50,371 nucleotides of DNA from positions 1-50,371 of the IMG/VR virus record IMGVR_UViG_3300045988_080164, one strand, 5' to 3'. The notes beneath the pieces are model-generated. The model saw only the letters and a list, made by a program, of their open reading frames with translations, was not told where the DNA came from and did not search any database. Shown in pieces: positions 34,896 through 43,946 of the stretch (position 1 is the stretch's first letter; the number at the start of each line of letters is the position of its first letter). Source of the stretch: a virus. A program made the translations under genes and the position numbers.

Positions 34896-35415
34896 TTTAC
34901 TTTTTCTTTAGTTCTTCAAAAACAATCTGTCTTGGCAATACATTATGACAAATATACACACTCGAAAATGGTGGATTTAACGATGGCTTTTGTTCATCAA
35001 AATCCTTAAAATACGCAATTCTTTTGTTAAAATACATTATTTCAAATTTATTGTTCTTGAACATTTCAAACCTTTTTTGCTTTCAAACAGTCCAACAACC
35101 CCAACCAACATAGCAAACGGAACATCTAACTTAAAAAGTTTTTCTAACACTTCTGTTTTACGTGAGTACGGTGGATTGCTGATAATATAATCAACATTAC
35201 ATTTCTTTAGCTTGAAAAAGTCTTTTCCTTCGCTTAAATGTGTGTAACACTTCATGTCCATTCAGTTTCAAAAGGCTTACAAAATTGCTTCGCTCTGTGT
35301 CAAACGGACATAATATCTTACTATTCTTTTTTAAATATTTTAACAACGGTTCTATCGCATATGACGGTGTATAAAATTCATCATTTCCACTTCCTGCAAT
35401 TTTATCCATTTTCAT
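34896..35415 (-). pseudogene. small N6-adenine DNA methyltransferase (NPPY) split into three frame segments
   Basis: N-part ..GNDEFYTPSYAIEPLL..GHEVLHT; middle (+1 frame) HLSEGKDFF..DYIISNPPYS..FESKK; C-part (original frame) FEMFKNNKFEIMYFNKR..VFEELKKK; shifts at the (CA)3 tract 35238..35243 and the A6 run 35072..35077. Confidence 0.7.
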
Positions 35416-35587
35416 CTTTATTACCTCGCTTTAATTCTTCTTTTATTGTCCTAATCATTGTTGGAACAAACACACTTAATGCTATTAATATAAGCACAAT
35501 TACCGCTATACATCCTAACGAAAGTACACATAGTACCATAAAGGACAAAATATTTAAAATCATTTCTACCATAAATATCACCCACAT
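35402..35587 (-). CDS. small membrane protein, 61 aa
   Basis: MWVIFMVEMILNILSFMVLCVLSLGCIAVIVLILIALSVFV.. is hydrophobic; ATG 5 nt after AAGGTG. Confidence 0.5.
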   Translation of the reverse strand: MWVIFMVEMILNILSFMVLCVLSLGCIAVIVLILIALSVFVPTMIRTIKEELKRGNKDENG

Positions 35588-35588
35588 G

Positions 35589-35804
35589 CTACACCTTTTC
35601 AAAATACTTGTTTTTGTATTCCACAACTACATCTAACATATAACTTGCATATCCTATATTCCTGTTATTTGCACCTACTTCTTTGTACAATATTGCGAAA
35701 TACGGTCTATTTTTACTATCTATCATTTCTACAATAATATAAAGTTCTTCTACTTTAATTTTTGGTTCATCTTCTTCTAACATTGACATTTTATCATCCG
35801 CCAT
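35589..35804 (-). CDS. hypothetical protein, 71 aa
   Basis: ORF, TAATG-coupled. Confidence 0.55.
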   Translation of the reverse strand: MADDKMSMLEEDEPKIKVEELYIIVEMIDSKNRPYFAILYKEVGANNRNIGYASYMLDVVVEYKNKYFEKV

Positions 35805-36655
35805 TATATTCGCTCCTTTGATTTACCATAACATACTTCACGCATCGGACATTCTTGTGACCTCTTGCTGTCATATCCTGTACACTTGTCACAACGCTTT
35901 ACCATTTTTCCATTATTTAATAATCTTTCTTTGTAATCCTGTATTTGTTCCAATCTATGTATTGCCTGTGATATTTCCGATGGATTATAATCATATTTAT
36001 ACACTCGAAACTCTTGGTCATTCTTACTATCACATAAAACAATCCCGTGGTGTATACCTGTCAGATACATATATAACTGGCATTGTTTTCTGCCGGATGC
36101 ATGATACTTTTGTTTTTTGAATGTAAAACTGTTCACTGACTTAATTTCTATAATGTAAGGTATCTTTTTTACACTATCATCATATACGCTTTCAAGCTTA
36201 TAATCCTCTGGAATAGCACATATAATGTCTGGTGTATAGGATAAGTCAAACTCTTCTGCAAAACGGCTATAATCGCAATCTAATGGCTCACACAGACCAC
36301 CTCTGATAAACAACCTTTGCCACTTCTCATGTATAGCGTCACCTTCTGCAAATATACGTTTTAAACCAATAGAAGTTTGTTCACCTTGTAATTGTTTATA
36401 AAATAAACTTAATACCTGTTGCCTATAACAAAACTTATCGTCCGATGCTATCACAGCACTTGCGTGTAACCCTTTTCTTTCTGTAGTCTCTGCACCTCTT
36501 GTCATTACAGATTTAAGAAACTTCAATTCATTCGGAATGTCTTTATCCAGATAAAACAAATTGTTTAGCATTTTCTCTATTGCTTCTTCATCAGATGTTT
36601 GTACTTTTACGCCTTGCTTTGTTGCATTCTTTTTTATTTCATCCAATATACCCAT
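35804..36655 (-). CDS. Cas4/RecB-like PD-(D/E)XK exonuclease with a Cys cluster
   Basis: IIEIKSV (ExK) core; one N-terminal Cys (FCYRQQ) plus C-terminal CDKC..(10)..C..(5)..C, as in Cas4/AddB Fe-S nucleases; adjacent to recA. Confidence 0.6.
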   Translation of the reverse strand: MGILDEIKKNATKQGVKVQTSDEEAIEKMLNNLFYLDKDIPNELKFLKSVMTRGAETTERKGLHASAVIASDDKFCYRQQVLSLFYKQLQGEQTSIGLKRIFAEGDAIHEKWQRLFIRGGLCEPLDCDYSRFAEEFDLSYTPDIICAIPEDYKLESVYDDSVKKIPYIIEIKSVNSFTFKKQKYHASGRKQCQLYMYLTGIHHGIVLCDSKNDQEFRVYKYDYNPSEISQAIHRLEQIQDYKERLLNNGKMVKRCDKCTGYDSKRSQECPMREVCYGKSKERI

Positions 36656-36819
36656 TATTGCGAAATCCTTTCTATATTCGTTATTACTGATTTTGCATAG
36701 CCTGTAGTAGAACAGAACCTTTTTATTGCTTCTGTCTGTGTTAACGCATATACAAAAAAGTTATGTTCTACATTATCATCTTCATATTGTCTATAAAATC
36801 TTATCACATAAAAATTCAT
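36655..36819 (-). CDS. hypothetical protein, 54 aa
   Basis: Codon-by-codon translation MNFYVIRFYRQYEDDNVEHNFFVYALTQTEAIKRFCSTTGYAKSVITNIERISQ; TAATG-coupled at both ends. Confidence 0.5.
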   Translation of the reverse strand: MNFYVIRFYRQYEDDNVEHNFFVYALTQTEAIKRFCSTTGYAKSVITNIERISQ

Positions 36820-37742
36820 TATTCAAGCATTTCCTTATATCTTTTTTTATGCTCTAATCTAATTTCTTTTTTTACATCATCCAAATCTGCAAAATCTACA
36901 AAACCTCTTTCATAAAACAATGGTATTTCACAACTTTGCATTGGATTGCATACTTTGGATTTTACAACTTTTACTTTCATAATCATTCCTATGCGTTCCT
37001 TTGCTTCTGTGTTAAATGGATTATGGTTAGGTATATCTATATAACTTTTTCTTGCAACCTGTATTCTAAGACTTGCGCTGTGTTTCAATTTATGACCACC
37101 CGGTGTTTGTATATTATCACCAAACGGCAATGCGTTCATTTTATCACGTATCTGATTGATGAATATAACTGTTGTTCCTGTTTGTTCTATTACATCTTCC
37201 AATGTTGGCAAATACTTGTCCATCAATCTTGCTACGCCACCAATTCGCATTTCCTGTTCACTATCTGTATTTACCGCTTTTCTAATCTTATCTATATCAT
37301 CCTTTGGTTGCAATGATGGTACACTGTCTATTACAATCAGCGGTATTCCTTCTTCTGCGAATCTAATCGCTCTGTTGAATGCTTTTTCTCCATATCTCGC
37401 TCTGTATACTAACATCTGTTTTGGTCTGTTACCGAAAAGCTTTGCCCTTTCTGCATCAAATGTACCCTCAATCGGAATGTCTAAACACATTTCATGTTGA
37501 GCGCACATCTGATATGCGAGTGTTGTTTTTCCCGCACTCTCAGCGCCAAATATTTCTATTGTTCTTCCTTTTGGTACTCCACCACCTATAATGTTGTCTA
37601 AGTCTATCAACCCTGTAGACCATCTAGGAATTTTTAGTGCATCAGATTTACTCCCAAGACTATATACAGAACCTTTTTCTTTTTTGTCTATCTCATTGCA
37701 CAGTCTTAAAATCGCTTCTTTGTCGAATCCTTTTTTCTCCAT
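36819..37742 (-). CDS. recA: RecA-family recombinase
   Basis: GRTIEIFGAESAGKTTLAYQM (Walker A), LIVIDSVPSL (Walker B), VIFINQIRDK, TPGGHKLKHSASLRIQV, KVKVVKSKV all parallel E. coli RecA. Confidence 0.9.
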   Translation of the reverse strand: MEKKGFDKEAILRLCNEIDKKEKGSVYSLGSKSDALKIPRWSTGLIDLDNIIGGGVPKGRTIEIFGAESAGKTTLAYQMCAQHEMCLDIPIEGTFDAERAKLFGNRPKQMLVYRARYGEKAFNRAIRFAEEGIPLIVIDSVPSLQPKDDIDKIRKAVNTDSEQEMRIGGVARLMDKYLPTLEDVIEQTGTTVIFINQIRDKMNALPFGDNIQTPGGHKLKHSASLRIQVARKSYIDIPNHNPFNTEAKERIGMIMKVKVVKSKVCNPMQSCEIPLFYERGFVDFADLDDVKKEIRLEHKKRYKEMLE

Positions 37743-37755
37743 TTTGTTTTCCTTT

Positions 37756-40479
37756 CTATCGTGCCATTAATGTACTGTTATATTTAACAACTCTGGACAT
37801 ATACTTATTTTTGTTGAACTCCAACGCTCCTTGTTCTTCCAGAATGTCAATAACTCTCTGTGTTACTGCCCTTCCTTTGCACCTGTCGTAAAAATCGTCG
37901 TAATCCCTAAACACACCTTTTTTACGTTCTTGTTCAATTGCTTCTGCGGCTTTAGCTCCAACACCTTTTATAATGCTCAGACCTTGTTGTATAACATCTT
38001 CTCCATCATACTTTCTAAGACTTGTATTAGCCGTATAATTTACGTGTGGCAACATTACTACAGCACCATCTTTTACTGCACATTCACTGTATTTATATAC
38101 ATCACTGTCATTATCCGCAAACTTGATTTTTACTCCCCAAAAGATAGTTGGAAACTTAATCTTGTAAACCATCTGTTTCAAACTTACTAATGCATAACCT
38201 GTACTATGTCCTTTGTTGAATCCATATATAAGCATACTCGCCCAAATACTGTCTGTCTGCGCTTTTGTAAGTCCTTCTGATTTGCAACCTTTGTAAAAGT
38301 CCTTTTTCATCTGTTCGATTATAGGAACATATTCCGGCTTTGTCAGATTCTCCGCTTTCTTCATAATCTTTAGCATATCGAAAGATTGTTGTTCGGTCAG
38401 ATGTCCTACCTTCTGTGCTACCTCTGTTGTTTGCTCTTGATACAACATTGTACCATATGTTTCTTTTGTATACTTGTAATATGGTGTTGTTGTGTCCACT
38501 TTGCCAGATAACTTATTGTGTGCATATGTTTCATGCATATGTAATTGTAACGGGGCAGGTCTGTTTAATGCATTTACGGCTATCACATCTTCCACACAGT
38601 CACAATGTATCATATCAAGTATCTTTTTCGGTGTACTTTTTTCCATCTGGAATACCCCATCAGTATTTCCATTTCTAAATGATTCTAAGACTTCCTCAGA
38701 TTCAATATCTTTTTCTGTTGGTTCATATCCTGTTAATTTTTTCATTGTTAACATTTCTGATTCTGTTTTAAGACCTAACATGTCGAACTTTACACAATTA
38801 ATATGTTCCAAATCATCCTTGTCATAGCAACTGCTTAATGCTCCTGTTTTTCTGTCTCGCATTATGATACATGTATAATCAGATATATCTGTACCAACTA
38901 CTGCCACACCTGCCGCATGTTTTCCTAAGAATCTGACTTTGCCATACATCTTACAGAAATGTTTTATAATATTATCATATGTATCATTATACTCTATTGT
39001 TTTATATCCGTCAAGTAATGCTTTCAAATTTAGTTCATCATCGAACACGAATGTCCTAATGTATGACTTTATCTCCGCAACTGTCTTTTTGTTTTCATTT
39101 CTTTCATAGTCATCTACTTCTTTTGTTGTTCTCAAACCACACACACCTGCAAGGTCATTTACTAAGTTGTCTATTCCATATTTACCATATGAACATATTT
39201 GTATAGCTTTTCCTTTGTATTTACTTATTACATGGTCTATAACTTCCTGTCTACGACTTGTTTCAAAATCTATATCTATATCTGGCAACTGCTTCTTTTC
39301 CTTACGCATAAAACGGCTAAAATCAAGATTGTATTTAATACTATCAACATCTGTGATTCCTATTGCATATGCTACCTCACAATTGCATACAGAACCACGA
39401 CCACCGCCAACTGCAATACCTTTGTTTCTCGCCCAGTCTGCATACTCTCTTACAATTAAAAAATAATCTGCAAACCCGTGGTAATTAATAACATCAAGTT
39501 CATATTTACATCTGTCTATGTACTTTTTGTTATACTTTCCTTTTTCCCTTAATCCTTTTATAACAAGTTTCTTCAATTCTTTTTTACTGGATGCCAAGCC
39601 TAAATCTGGTAATTCAAGTTCCAATCCATCAAGTATGTTGTCTTCAACTTTGTCATATATCTGTTTCATATTATCCACAAACATTTCTGCAACCTGTATC
39701 GGATTCTTAAATTTGTTTTTATACATCTTCGCAAAACGTTCTACGATATCATATTCACTTGGCATATATCTTTCGCCATATGTATTTTTAACATCTAATG
39801 TTGTTTTACCAATTTCATGCATTTTACAATATGTGTCAAAATCTTCTTTCCTTCCAAAATGGCTATCAGATGTTAATATACATTTTATTTTACGTTCCCT
39901 TGCAAGATGCATTAATGTATAATCTGTTCTTTCTTGTGTATGTTTCTTATCAATCTTGTACGGTTGTATCTCTACATATAAATCTTTGCCAAAAATCTCT
40001 TTGAACTTGTCTAATAACTTTCCTGCTGTTTTTCTGTTGCCATTTATAATAGCCTGTGACGTTGCAGACGCTATACATGCAGTTGTGCATATAAGTCCAT
40101 CAGAATACTTTTTTAATAACTTAAAATCTACTATTGGCTTATAATAGAATTGTTCTGTGTTCGCTTTTGTCATTATGTGACACAAGTTTTTATATCCTTG
40201 CAAATTCTTAGCAAACAAGTTTAAATGATACGATTTCCTTTGCTGATTTTCCTTGTTAAACTTTGGTTGAAAATATATTTCACAACCCATTATCGGTTTT
40301 ATTCCAACTTCATTACAGGCTTGATAATGTTTGATTAATCCACTAATTGTTCCGTGGTCACTTATACCTAAAGCCTTATAGCCTAATTCTTTTGCAATCT
40401 TAGCCAAATCTGTTGATTTGCCAAAACCATCGAATAAACTATACTCTGTATGTCTATGTAAATCGAAAAAGTTTCCCAT
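37756..40479 (-). CDS. dnaE: DNA polymerase III alpha subunit (DnaE-type, N-terminal PHP domain)
   Basis: 907 aa; FFDLHRHTEYSLFDG PHP start, ISDHGT, ILTSDSH, PDIDIDF catalytic aspartates, FNKGHSTGYA. Confidence 0.9.
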   Translation of the reverse strand: MGNFFDLHRHTEYSLFDGFGKSTDLAKIAKELGYKALGISDHGTISGLIKHYQACNEVGIKPIMGCEIYFQPKFNKENQQRKSYHLNLFAKNLQGYKNLCHIMTKANTEQFYYKPIVDFKLLKKYSDGLICTTACIASATSQAIINGNRKTAGKLLDKFKEIFGKDLYVEIQPYKIDKKHTQERTDYTLMHLARERKIKCILTSDSHFGRKEDFDTYCKMHEIGKTTLDVKNTYGERYMPSEYDIVERFAKMYKNKFKNPIQVAEMFVDNMKQIYDKVEDNILDGLELELPDLGLASSKKELKKLVIKGLREKGKYNKKYIDRCKYELDVINYHGFADYFLIVREYADWARNKGIAVGGGRGSVCNCEVAYAIGITDVDSIKYNLDFSRFMRKEKKQLPDIDIDFETSRRQEVIDHVISKYKGKAIQICSYGKYGIDNLVNDLAGVCGLRTTKEVDDYERNENKKTVAEIKSYIRTFVFDDELNLKALLDGYKTIEYNDTYDNIIKHFCKMYGKVRFLGKHAAGVAVVGTDISDYTCIIMRDRKTGALSSCYDKDDLEHINCVKFDMLGLKTESEMLTMKKLTGYEPTEKDIESEEVLESFRNGNTDGVFQMEKSTPKKILDMIHCDCVEDVIAVNALNRPAPLQLHMHETYAHNKLSGKVDTTTPYYKYTKETYGTMLYQEQTTEVAQKVGHLTEQQSFDMLKIMKKAENLTKPEYVPIIEQMKKDFYKGCKSEGLTKAQTDSIWASMLIYGFNKGHSTGYALVSLKQMVYKIKFPTIFWGVKIKFADNDSDVYKYSECAVKDGAVVMLPHVNYTANTSLRKYDGEDVIQQGLSIIKGVGAKAAEAIEQERKKGVFRDYDDFYDRCKGRAVTQRVIDILEEQGALEFNKNKYMSRVVKYNSTLMAR

Positions 40480-40481
40480 TT

Positions 40482-40745
40482 CTATCTCCTTATCTCTATT
40501 CTTATTCCATTTTTATTTCTGTGAATATCTAAAACTAAAATTGTTTTTAATTTTGTTTTGTGCATCTTTTTAAGCCCATTATTATATCTGTTCTTCTTTT
40601 CTTCTTCGTTCATACTCGCCCATATTCTTTTATTATCTTCGCTTCTTTTTCTTCTAAGTTTTTCATCATATGAACGTTTCACACCATCACTAATTCTTTG
40701 TTTCTGTTCATTTGTAAATGTTCTATTTTTGTTTCTTTCCTTCAA
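40482..40745 (-). CDS. basic NUMOD3-like DNA-binding segment; probably the 3' part of a frame-disrupted gene with 40780..40920
   Basis: FTNEQKQRISDGVKRSY resembles NUMOD3; only a TTG start with no SD; the frame is open upstream to the A6 run at 40786..40791. Confidence 0.45.
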   Translation of the reverse strand: MKERNKNRTFTNEQKQRISDGVKRSYDEKLRRKRSEDNKRIWASMNEEEKKNRYNNGLKKMHKTKLKTILVLDIHRNKNGIRIEIRR

Positions 40746-40779
40746 ATCATCTAACTGTTGCTCTCTTGTTCTAACCTTA

Positions 40780-40920
40780 TCATACTTTTTTCATTGCTCT
40801 GTAAATCCCTGCCTGCGATGATATGCCTAACTCTTTACTTATCTGTGCAAAGCTCTTGCCATCATCCCAATACATTTTATGTATTTGTTTTATATACGGT
40901 CTTAAATCTATATGTTTCAT
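40780..40920 (-). CDS. helix-turn-helix protein, 46 aa as read (5' part of the HTH-NUMOD3 gene)
   Basis: MKHIDLRPYIKQIHKMYWDDGKSFAQISKELGISSQAGIYRAMKKV; HTH GKSFAQISKELGISSQAGIYRA; downstream of the promoter at 40957..40985. Confidence 0.5.
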   Translation of the reverse strand: MKHIDLRPYIKQIHKMYWDDGKSFAQISKELGISSQAGIYRAMKKV

Positions 40921-40956
40921 AAAAACACCCTTTCGCTGTTCTCTTAATTCTCTTAT

Positions 40957-40985
40957 ATTATAACAAAAGGGTTGAACTGTGTCAA
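40957..40985 (-). promoter_or_regulatory. promoter, perfect TTGACA-N17-TATAAT with TGn; -35 lies inside a palindrome
   Basis: Minus strand TTGACAcagttcaacccttttgtTATAAT. Confidence 0.7.
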
Positions 40986-40988
40986 CCC
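40969..40988. repeat. palindrome GGGTTGA-N6-TCAACCC (copy 2 of 3)
   Basis: gggttgaactgtgtcaaccc; as minus-strand RNA it is followed by UUUUGUUAUAAU. Confidence 0.85.
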
Positions 40989-41001
40989 CTTAATTGAAAC
41001 T

Positions 41002-41220
41002 TTATTCAATTCCCAACTCTTTTTTAATTTTTGCAATTTCGTTTCCAACTGCTACAAATTTCTTATCAGATGAAGTATTCATGTTTCCTGTAATACGATA
41101 CATTTCTCTGCGAACATCCTGTATTTCATTTCGCATACCCATATTAATCATTACATTTTTGGTTGCTTTTTTCTTTGCTTTCTTTATCTGTCTTTCAAAT
41201 TCTTTTCTTGTAATGAACAT
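41002..41220 (-). CDS. hypothetical coiled-coil protein, 72 aa
   Basis: ORF with GGGAGGA SD. Confidence 0.6.
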   Translation of the reverse strand: MFITRKEFERQIKKAKKKATKNVMINMGMRNEIQDVRREMYRITGNMNTSSDKKFVAVGNEIAKIKKELGIE

Positions 41221-41223
41221 TGT

Positions 41224-42048
41224 TTAATCCTCCCAATCGTCTTCTTCGTCTTCATCCCAATCATCAGAATCATTTTCTTCTTCGTCATATTCTTCTAACA
41301 GGTCGATATAATATTCTTTTGTTTTCTTCGGCTTACACTTTATATCACGCTCTTTGCAAAGTTTGTAAAGCTCCTGCGGCTTCATGCTTTCATAATCATT
41401 TTCCTGTTCTTCTTCGTCTTCCCATTCGTCCTCCTCTTCCTCTGGTTCATTCATTGGAACTTTTGTTTTACTCTTTCCTTTTTTCTTTTTGTTTCTTGGC
41501 TTTTCATCTTCCTCTTCTAAGTCCTCAGAATTATCAGCCGGATAAGCTTTGTCAATGCATTTAAGGATAGCTTCATCAGACATTGCATGAATCTTTGTAT
41601 TTCTGAATTTCTTTTTATCCAATGCAATCACACTGAATGATTTACCCTGTCCAGAGCCGTTCTGCTTGATTTCATAATCCCTGTCAGTAAGTGTTCCATA
41701 TGCTTCATACAGACTTGCAAGTGTAGCAACTGGGGAACACTGGTTAACTGCAAACATTAATAATTTAACTTCTTTGCTTTCATAATCATATACAGACCAT
41801 ACGAACATAGAACGTGTTCTGAGATTTTCATCTTCGCAATATTCACACTCACGTCCAAATTCTTCTTGGCATGGTACATTCACACCTAGTGCAAAACTAT
41901 CATGGAACTTTACTTCCAATCCATCTTCCATGTCGGACAAAAATCTTACACGTACTTTTGTTCCTTCTTTGAAAAACATAAACTTTCCTTTGCTACTTCC
42001 ACTTTTTGCAATTGCTGACTTAATGTTACCTAATGTAATCTTTCCCAT
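41224..42048 (-). CDS. putative ssDNA-binding protein (Zn-ribbon-containing N-domain, HeH motif, acidic tail)
   Basis: CQEEFGRECEYC Cys pair, YEIKQNGSGQGKSFSV, then acidic runs, MKPQELYKLCKERDIKCKPKKTKEYYIDLL and a terminal DDWDEDEEDDWED; next to the primase. Confidence 0.45.
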   Translation of the reverse strand: MGKITLGNIKSAIAKSGSSKGKFMFFKEGTKVRVRFLSDMEDGLEVKFHDSFALGVNVPCQEEFGRECEYCEDENLRTRSMFVWSVYDYESKEVKLLMFAVNQCSPVATLASLYEAYGTLTDRDYEIKQNGSGQGKSFSVIALDKKKFRNTKIHAMSDEAILKCIDKAYPADNSEDLEEEDEKPRNKKKKGKSKTKVPMNEPEEEEDEWEDEEEQENDYESMKPQELYKLCKERDIKCKPKKTKEYYIDLLEEYDEEENDSDDWDEDEEDDWED

Positions 42049-42067
42049 TGTTTATTGTTCTCCTTTA

Positions 42068-42454
42068 CTATTGTTTAAAAATGTGTGTACTAAAATTTGT
42101 GAACTTAATAGCACTAAAATCTAATGGATTTAAAATATATCCACCAAATTCTATCCAACCTCTGAAACCTCTGTCTGTTACCGACCTCTTATAAGTACCA
42201 ACAATATTGTCTATTTTATCTTTTGTTCTGTTAGAAACATCGACACTCAATAGATTAAGAATTTCTTTGTCGAATTTTTCTTTATTTTTGTTTCTGTCAA
42301 ATCCTATAATGCTTTCATATCTGTTACACAAACTTTCATACTCTTCACTATCTTCATTATACTCCACGCCGATTTCATTGTCAACTGTTAATTTTTCTCC
42401 GCTTGTCTTTTGTATGAACTCTGCTGTCATTTTGCATTTTACTCCTAGTTGCAT
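42068..42454 (-). CDS. hypothetical protein, 128 aa
   Basis: ATG 8 nt after AAAGGAG; overlaps the 3' end of the primase ORF by 74 nt. Confidence 0.6.
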   Translation of the reverse strand: MQLGVKCKMTAEFIQKTSGEKLTVDNEIGVEYNEDSEEYESLCNRYESIIGFDRNKNKEKFDKEILNLLSVDVSNRTKDKIDNIVGTYKRSVTDRGFRGWIEFGGYILNPLDFSAIKFTNFSTHIFKQ

Positions 42455-43400
42455 TTTTCACACTCCTTTCTATAAGCTTTATTTGCCGTTTTAAAGCTTC
42501 TTCTGACATCTCACCAGTATCTTTTACACCTTCTGGATATGGAAAGCGTATAACCTCAAAAAAACGCTTTAAATACTCTGTTCCTTTATTCCCTTTATCA
42601 TCATTGTCCAGTGCACTTACCACTGTTGTCACACCTTTGTCTTTTAACTTTTTTGTTTGTTCATCTGATATGTGCCATCCTAACAATGCACAACAATTTT
42701 TAACATGACCTCTTGTTCTAAGACTTAAATAGTCCATGAATCCTTCACATAGGAACACTACGCTGTTCTCTGCATAGTTTCCACACAAAGTATCACGCTT
42801 TCTGAATCCATCATTGTATAGATACTTTCGTTTCTTTTCTGTCCATTTGTTTGTTGTTCTTCCAACCCATCCTTTAAATTCCCCATTATCTAATATTGGA
42901 AAAACAAACGGGTATGCTATATTATAGTTCACTCTGCAATCTGCAATGTTTAAAGCTCTTTTTGTAAAACCTCTATCTTGCATATATTCTAATGTCCTTC
43001 GTTCATCATCTGTTTTTATGTTGTTCCAATCTACCGACCGTAATCCATAAAAGTAATCAGATGCTTCTATCAATGCCTGCTTGTTACTCTGTCTTCTTTT
43101 CTTTCTGTAATGCACATTCAGTTCTTTTACTTCCTTGCTCCTTACTATCTTTTCTAACAAGATACAAGCCTGTAAATCATTCAATTCTGGATTTGCAAGT
43201 TTTACAAATGTTAACACATCACCTGTCAATCCGCAACCAAAACAGATGAAAGAATTTTCTTCGAGATTAATTCTCATTGACGGATTAATATCATCGTGGA
43301 ACGGACAAATTATATTGAATGTTGACGTCTGTATTTCTCCAACCAAATTGTAATACATCAGAACTTTTGCAAAGTCTTTACCGCTATATTTTCTTGTCAT
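42381..43400 (-). CDS. DNA primase (CHC2 zinc finger plus Toprim)
   Basis: CPFHDDINPSMRINLEENSFICFGCGLTGDVLTFV zinc finger; Toprim VFLCEGFMDYLSL and SALDNDDKGNKG; the last ~37 codons may be a read-on artefact. Confidence 0.85.
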   Translation of the reverse strand: MTRKYSGKDFAKVLMYYNLVGEIQTSTFNIICPFHDDINPSMRINLEENSFICFGCGLTGDVLTFVKLANPELNDLQACILLEKIVRSKEVKELNVHYRKKRRQSNKQALIEASDYFYGLRSVDWNNIKTDDERRTLEYMQDRGFTKRALNIADCRVNYNIAYPFVFPILDNGEFKGWVGRTTNKWTEKKRKYLYNDGFRKRDTLCGNYAENSVVFLCEGFMDYLSLRTRGHVKNCCALLGWHISDEQTKKLKDKGVTTVVSALDNDDKGNKGTEYLKRFFEVIRFPYPEGVKDTGEMSEEALKRQIKLIERSVKNATRSKMQNDSRVHTKDKRRKINS

Positions 43401-43409
43401 TGTATCACT

Positions 43410-43946
43410 CTACTGTTCATCAATCTCCCTTAATGTTATATAAGGTTCGCTACATTCTACATTGTAACATCCTGCTATATCTTCTTTTGTAATCTCTCCT
43501 ACTTCATACAGATTATTGATTTTTTCATCCTGCACTTCTTCTGTAACTGTAATATACTTTTTGAACTTCTTTGCATCAACTCCACAAGCTTTCAGATATT
43601 TAACAAGTCCATCCATATCACTTATTGTATATGTTTTGCTTACAACTTTTTTAAATACTTTCTTGTCGAGTTTCTTTTTCAGTTTATCAACATTCCATAT
43701 GATTTTCTTTTTTCTGATTTTGTTCACCCTCAGATTTACAGGGTTTTCATAAAACTCAACCCCATCTTTCAATCTGATTTCGAATGAACTTTCATTTTTA
43801 GGAAGGTTGCTAAACATATAATTGCTGATTGCAAGCTGTTCTTTTTTCCGAACCTCATTGTAATACTTCTCAGCTTTTTCTTTTGTTCTTTTCGCAAGTA
43901 ATAATCTTGCAACTGATTCTTTAATTAATGCTGTTGAATCTTTCAT
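43410..43946 (-). CDS. hypothetical protein, 178 aa
   Basis: ORF with GGAAGGA SD, upstream of the primase. Confidence 0.6.
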   Translation of the reverse strand: MKDSTALIKESVARLLLAKRTKEKAEKYYNEVRKKEQLAISNYMFSNLPKNESSFEIRLKDGVEFYENPVNLRVNKIRKKKIIWNVDKLKKKLDKKVFKKVVSKTYTISDMDGLVKYLKACGVDAKKFKKYITVTEEVQDEKINNLYEVGEITKEDIAGCYNVECSEPYITLREIDEQ

